A stretch of DNA of 64,000 nt from Candidatus Saccharimonadales bacterium (lineage in GTDB: Bacteria; Patescibacteriota; Saccharimonadia; Saccharimonadales; SZUA-47). The stretch's first letter is position 1; the number at the start of each line of letters is the position of its first letter. Positions 60,303 through 64,000 of this stretch are shown piece by piece. Below the pieces are notes generated by a model, which was given only the letters and a program-made list of their open reading frames with translations, did not search any database and was not told the origin of the DNA. Both the position numbers and the translations under genes were made by a program. The stretch covers positions 2,146 through 66,145 of the forward strand of contig JBBQVE010000006.1 of assembly GCA_038211855.1 (NCBI GenBank), given 5' to 3'.

Positions 60303-60970
60303 TTGTACTTGTAGATAAACTTCGGGTTGGTCTCAATTTTTTGGACAACGTCTTTATAAAGGCGCAGATGCTCCTCTATGCCAAATTCATTCGCTGCTGT
60401 TAGATCATAGGCTACGTAGGGCTCGAGGACGTCAAACCCACAGAACGCCAGCGTGCCGTGCAGCACCGGATAGAGAATCTGTTGGACGGTTGCTTTTTGA
60501 ACGCCATCCGGCCGGTAATAGCTCTCTGGCTCGCCGGCAGTCACCACCACTCCCGCTTTCTTGCCACGATACTTGCCCGTACTGAAGATATGATCGCCAT
60601 CCCATGCTGTTCCCATCGTCAAAACGCGGTCGAACCAGCCCTTGAGAATGGCTGGCGGCCCGCTCCACCACAAAGGAAAATAAAAGAGGATGACGTCGGC
60701 TGTTTGGATCTTCTGCAGTTCACTGACGATATCGACACTGTAAGCCCAGTCTTGACCAGCGGCCGCCATCTGTTCGTTCATGTAGTTAAAATGTCCACCT
60801 GAAAGGGTTGTAAAGTCGTATTTTTCGGCGACAGGGTTAAAGCCCACACCGTACAGATCCGTCGTCACAACGGCATGACCAGCTACGGTCAAAACTTCTT
60901 CGGCAACATGATGTAGCGAAGCGGTAAAAGAAGAAGGCTCATCGTGAGCATAGACCATTAAAACGTTCAT
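60299..60970 (-). CDS. NAD(P)H-dependent oxidoreductase, flavodoxin-like fold (NQO/Flavodoxin_2)
   Basis: MNVLMVYAHDEPSSFTASL..., FPLWWSGPPAILKGWFDRVL typical of NQO1/MdaB-like quinone reductases. Confidence 0.85.
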   Translation of the reverse strand: MNVLMVYAHDEPSSFTASLHHVAEEVLTVAGHAVVTTDLYGVGFNPVAEKYDFTTLSGGHFNYMNEQMAAAGQDWAYSVDIVSELQKIQTADVILFYFPLWWSGPPAILKGWFDRVLTMGTAWDGDHIFSTGKYRGKKAGVVVTAGEPESYYRPDGVQKATVQQILYPVLHGTLAFCGFDVLEPYVAYDLTAANEFGIEEHLRLYKDVVQKIETNPKFIYKYN

Positions 60971-61015
60971 GCTTTAATTGTAACTCGTCCCACCGTATAG
61001 AGCTATATTAACAAA

Positions 61016-61453
61016 CTAGGCGCCTAGTGGTTCGAGTGAGCGACTCAGCACAGAAAAACGCATGTCAGAGATTTTCCAGCGGCCGGCAACCTTACGGAAG
61101 GTATATTTGTATACGCCGCTCAACTTGAGCACATAACGGGTGTTACCTTTGGCAGTGTAGTAACGCGCTTCGACTTCGCTCTCGGCTTCGACTTCTTTGC
61201 GGCCAGTGCGCTCAATCTTCATGTGACCGATCTTGTGGCGGGCACTGTAATAGAGGTCACGAACGACACGACGCCAGTTATAGATAGCTGCGGAGCTCGA
61301 GCGGGTGCTCGGTTCTTGTTCGGTCAGTGCATAGTCATCAATAAATGGCTTTTCAGTAAAGTAAGACTCTAGTTTGTCCCATTGGCCTTGGTCACGATAC
61401 TCTAAAACTTGTTCAATAAGATCGCTGATGTGGGATGTGACGGCTGAACTCAT
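61016..61453 (-). CDS. NTF2/SnoaL-like fold protein, hypothetical
   Basis: 145 aa. The length and pattern (...YRDQGQWDKLESYFTE...GRWKISDMRF) are typical of nuclear transport factor 2-family proteins. Confidence 0.55.
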   Translation of the reverse strand: MSSAVTSHISDLIEQVLEYRDQGQWDKLESYFTEKPFIDDYALTEQEPSTRSSSAAIYNWRRVVRDLYYSARHKIGHMKIERTGRKEVEAESEVEARYYTAKGNTRYVLKLSGVYKYTFRKVAGRWKISDMRFSVLSRSLEPLGA

Positions 61454-61587
61454 ATGAAAAACCCCCTAAATAAAAAAATTCAATAAAATTTGCTCGTAAC
61501 GCTAACAGTGTAGCACGGTCTGGCACTCACAAGTCAAGAGTGCTAAGTAAGGAATCGTACACTCCATCTGTATGCTATCTTATGGAT

Positions 61588-62064
61588 ATGTCTCGCAAAA
61601 TTCGGATACTGGCGGTTGGGCGTTCTCACGATAGGCAAATTGCGCCTTTGATACATGAGTACGAATCCCGCCTAAACACTCGTATGCGCCTCGAGTGGCA
61701 GTTTGTGCCGCACGAATCCGGTTCCAACAATGCACGTGGCGTACAAGTGAGTTCCGAAAGTAATTCTATACGCGCAAGCTTAAAGAAGGCTGAGTATGTG
61801 ATTGTGCTCGACGACATCGGCACCCAACTGACCTCTGATACATTCAGCGAAAAACTACATGATTTGGCGTCTGATTTCAAAGATATCTGCTTCGTGATTG
61901 GTGGCGCTTACGGTGTGGATGATGAACTGTTAGCGCAAGCTGACTTTGTCTGGTCGCTTGGCAAGCTCACCCTGCCCCACCAGCTTGTACGAGCGGTTTT
62001 AATCGAGCAGCTGTACCGCGCAGTCAGTATTTGGGACGGGCGCAGCTATCATCACGGCGATTAA
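61588..62064 (+). CDS. rlmH: 23S rRNA (pseudouridine1915-N3)-methyltransferase
   Basis: SPOUT RlmH pattern (IRILAVGR...FVIGGAYGVDDELL...LTLPHQLVRAVLIEQLYRA...YHH). Start at ATG 61588 or 61582. Confidence 0.85.
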   Translation: MSRKIRILAVGRSHDRQIAPLIHEYESRLNTRMRLEWQFVPHESGSNNARGVQVSSESNSIRASLKKAEYVIVLDDIGTQLTSDTFSEKLHDLASDFKDICFVIGGAYGVDDELLAQADFVWSLGKLTLPHQLVRAVLIEQLYRAVSIWDGRSYHHGD

Positions 62065-62067
62065 CCT

Positions 62068-62709
62068 CTAAAGTGATCGAATGGCTTTCACGAGCTCCGA
62101 TGGTTTATGCACCAAGATATCTGGCGGCGTTTTGCCGAGACCATCGACCCCTGCCAGCCCCCAGCTCACACCTATAACAGAGATGTCGGCTTTGCGAGAT
62201 GCCAAGATATCGCGCGGCTCGTCTCCAACATAGACAACGCCTCTTGTATCAAGCGCGAACTTTTTCATAATCTTTTTAAGCGCCTTATCTTTGCCAAAGA
62301 GCGTTTTTTCAGAAACAATGAAATCGAACAATGGGTACTGGTGCGTCTCAAGGAATTCGCGCACAAGGTGTTCTTGGTTGCTCGTCAGGACCCCTAGACG
62401 ATAGCCCTCAGCCTTGAGTTCCTGCAGGGCTTTGACGATGCCGGCGTATGGTTTTACTTCCGCCATATGGTGGCGCATTTCGCGAGTGATCGTCAGCACC
62501 ATTGATGGCATACGCGACAGTCGGACACCTTTGGATTTGAGCGTTTTGGCGTAGCCATGTTCGCGTACCATTTTACGGAGATCGGGCAACTCTTCCTCAT
62601 GGATTTCTTGTACTTTAAAGTGTGTAGCGTGCTCGTTATATAAGCGGATAGCTAAGCTAATACTATTCGCTAATGTCCCGTCAAAATCAAAAATTACGAC
62701 TTGCTTCAC
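62068..62709 (-). CDS. HAD hydrolase, phosphoglycolate-phosphatase-like
   Basis: Motif I VVIFDFDGTLANS, motif II LGVLTSN, motif IV YVGDEPRDI. Confidence 0.85.
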   Translation of the reverse strand: MKQVVIFDFDGTLANSISLAIRLYNEHATHFKVQEIHEEELPDLRKMVREHGYAKTLKSKGVRLSRMPSMVLTITREMRHHMAEVKPYAGIVKALQELKAEGYRLGVLTSNQEHLVREFLETHQYPLFDFIVSEKTLFGKDKALKKIMKKFALDTRGVVYVGDEPRDILASRKADISVIGVSWGLAGVDGLGKTPPDILVHKPSELVKAIRSL

Positions 62710-62721
62710 CGTCTAATAGTA

Positions 62722-63363
62722 CTACACCTCGATACTTTGGCCTGTTTCCAACACGCTGAAGTTGACACCAAGAACTTCTGCCAGCTGGCCGAGCCAATTG
62801 TTGGCAAACATTTCGCCGGCTTCGTTATAAAGTGCGTTATGAGTCGGGAAAGCCTTAGCGGGTTTTACGGCCTTCATGAATGAGATGGCTTCTCCGACTT
62901 TCAGCCAAGGTGCTACAGAAGGAAGAGCGAGGATCGCTACCGGCTCCTTTGGCTCAGTAAAAGAATCACCTGGGTAGTAAAGCATCTTATTCACCATCAC
63001 ACCTACGTTCTGGCACGGTACTTTTTCATAAATAATCGCATGATCTTTGCCGTAAAAATCGAGCGCAAAACTGCCTGCCGTGTGGCTCATATCTGGTTGG
63101 GCGACTTCTTTCTTGGCTTCAAACTCGCCAAGCTGATCAAGGACGTCATGAGGTGCAAAGATTGTCGCATCAGGATTAGCGTCAATAATTTTACGCAGAA
63201 GATCCTTATCTAGGTGATCACCATGCTGATGCGTTATGACGACAGCCGCTACGTTCTTGAGGTCAGTCGGTAAAGATGTGGCAAACATACCTGGGTCGAT
63301 GATGAGTGTCTGATCCAGCTCTTCCAGTAATATACACGCGTGTTCGTATTTGGTGATTTTCAT
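62722..63363 (-). CDS. MBL-fold metallo-hydrolase
   Basis: HxHxDH motif VVITHQHGDHLD. 213 aa. GGAGG SD. Confidence 0.85.
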   Translation of the reverse strand: MKITKYEHACILLEELDQTLIIDPGMFATSLPTDLKNVAAVVITHQHGDHLDKDLLRKIIDANPDATIFAPHDVLDQLGEFEAKKEVAQPDMSHTAGSFALDFYGKDHAIIYEKVPCQNVGVMVNKMLYYPGDSFTEPKEPVAILALPSVAPWLKVGEAISFMKAVKPAKAFPTHNALYNEAGEMFANNWLGQLAEVLGVNFSVLETGQSIEV

Positions 63364-63366
63364 AGA

Positions 63367-63429
63367 TCCCTCCTTCGTTATTTGGTACTGACCCGAAGAT
63401 AATTCTGATTATCTTCGGTAAAGGAGGAA
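63367..63429 (-). promoter_or_regulatory. SD-sequestering helix plus internal 11-bp hairpin in the 5' UTR of the MBL gene
   Basis: UUCCUCCUUU (63429-63420) pairs over 10 bp (two G-U) with GAAGGAGGGA (63376-63367), which contains the SD. Between them lies CCGAAGAUAAU-caga-AUUAUCUUCGG (63418-63393). Confidence 0.4.
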
Positions 63430-63497
63430 CTTGCGATCCTAAGTCCATGCTTTTTGCCTTCAGAGGCAAAAACTGGACAAGGACTCAAGTTCCGACG

Positions 63498-63587
63498 TGG
63501 CGGAGGGAGAGGGATTTGAACCCTCGATGGAGTTGCCCCCAAACCGCCTTTCCAAGGCGGCGCCATAGGCCACTAGGCGACCCCTCC
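63498..63587 (-). tRNA. tRNA-Ser (anticodon GGA), CCA encoded
   Basis: Manual cloverleaf: acceptor GGAGGGG/UCCCUCC, anticodon stem CCGCC/GGCGG with loop UUGGAAA, long variable arm with GCAA loop, T-arm GAGGG-UUCAAAU-CCCUC, 3' GCCA. TATAAT lies 13 nt upstream (63606-63601). Confidence 0.93.
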
Positions 63588-63660
63588 GTATGCGGTGTAA
63601 ATTATACCCTATTTTGGGCTTGCGCGCCCGTAAAAAACAGAGGTACACTAAGGATTACAC

Positions 63661-64000
63661 ATGCCCGTGATAGAAATTAACGACGTTTCCAAGCTTTTCG
63701 GCTTCGGCGATGCTGCTACGGTAGCCCTCGACGAAGTCTCTTTGACGATCGAAAAAGGCGAATTCCTGGCCATCATGGGGCCGAGCGGCTCGGGTAAAAC
63801 CACGCTCATGAACATGATCGGCCTCTTGGATCGACCGACACATGGCGTCTATAAATTAGACACCAAAAATATTTCACGCATTGGACACAACAAACGCGCC
63901 AAACTGCGCCGCGACAACATCGGCTTTATATTTCAATCATTTAACTTTTTGCCCAACCATACTGTTCTAGAAAACGTCGCTCTGCCCCTCGCCTATAAAG
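63661..64000 (+). CDS. ABC transporter ATP-binding protein, MacB/LolD/FtsE-like (3' end outside window)
   Basis: MPVIEINDVSKLF..., Walker A GPSGSGKTT, Q-loop region IGFIFQSFNFLP. The frame is open to the window end. Confidence 0.9.
   Translation, partial: MPVIEINDVSKLFGFGDAATVALDEVSLTIEKGEFLAIMGPSGSGKTTLMNMIGLLDRPTHGVYKLDTKNISRIGHNKRAKLRRDNIGFIFQSFNFLPNHTVLENVALPLAYK

Noticed and set aside
63451-63472. Hairpin TTTTTGCC-ttcaga-GGCAAAAA considered as the tRNA-Ser terminator.
   Set aside because: The T-run and A-run form the stem itself, and neither strand has a U-tract after the hairpin. It does not fit an intrinsic terminator, so I kept it only as part of the structured spacer.
63378-63680. 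Three 62-77-aa ORFs (63378-63566 -, 63447-63680 +, 63460-63648 -).
   Set aside because: They run across the tRNA-Ser gene and its structured flanks, and are explained by the tRNA and UTR sequence.
1-64000. Search for mobile elements, CRISPR arrays, DGR template/variable repeats and prophage genes.
   Set aside because: I saw no transposase, integrase, reverse transcriptase, Cas or phage structural protein among the ORFs, and no repeat-spacer arrays. Long-distance near-identical repeats cannot be excluded without a computational self-alignment.

Overview
This 64-kb window is a gene-dense chromosomal segment, roughly 90% coding, with about three quarters of its genes on the minus strand. It uses the standard code: TGA terminates polA at 35208-35210.

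I support about 75 protein genes and one tRNA-Ser(GGA). I saw no rRNA, CRISPR array, transposase or integrase.

The backbone is housekeeping: an rpsF-ssb-rpsR-...-efp-tlyA operon, ftsK, RNase J, rpsO-pnp, truB, rpsT, holA, mutM, polA, dnaG-rpoD, orn, msrB-mscL and argS. It is interrupted by accessory blocks:
- a VapBC toxin-antitoxin pair
- a detox-like block between mutM and polA
- an isoprenoid cluster
- a lipid head-group cluster

The organism looks like a small-genome Patescibacteria/CPR bacterium, possibly Saccharibacteria-like. This is inference only. It rests on many N-terminally anchored orphan proteins, DciA, sparse metabolism and low-complexity tails on housekeeping proteins.

A pervasive sequence-level feature is near-consensus sigma70-type promoters whose -10 box lies 6-10 nt from the ATG, implying leaderless mRNAs. 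This also corrects several start codons in the ORF track.

Most interesting candidates:
1. A leaderless 24-codon Arg-rich mini-ORF with mutually exclusive antiterminator and terminator helices directly upstream of GNAT-argS. This is a candidate arginine attenuator.
2. A translationally coupled trio of CDP-alcohol phosphatidyltransferase, PHP phosphoesterase and a CDP-archaeol-synthase-like (CarS) protein.
3. A 1049-aa PEP-utilizing/rifampin-phosphotransferase-like protein with two phospho-His swivel domains, translationally coupled to polA, a Nudix hydrolase and a membrane protein.
4. A DnaG primase whose zinc-ribbon has lost all four zinc ligands.
5. A photolyase-related protein that cannot carry the family's 4-Cys Fe-S site.
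6. A polyprenyl synthase, phytoene/squalene-synthase-like gene and P-loop kinase cluster downstream of rpoD.

All calls come from reading the sequence and from remembered family motifs. No searches or folding programs were run.
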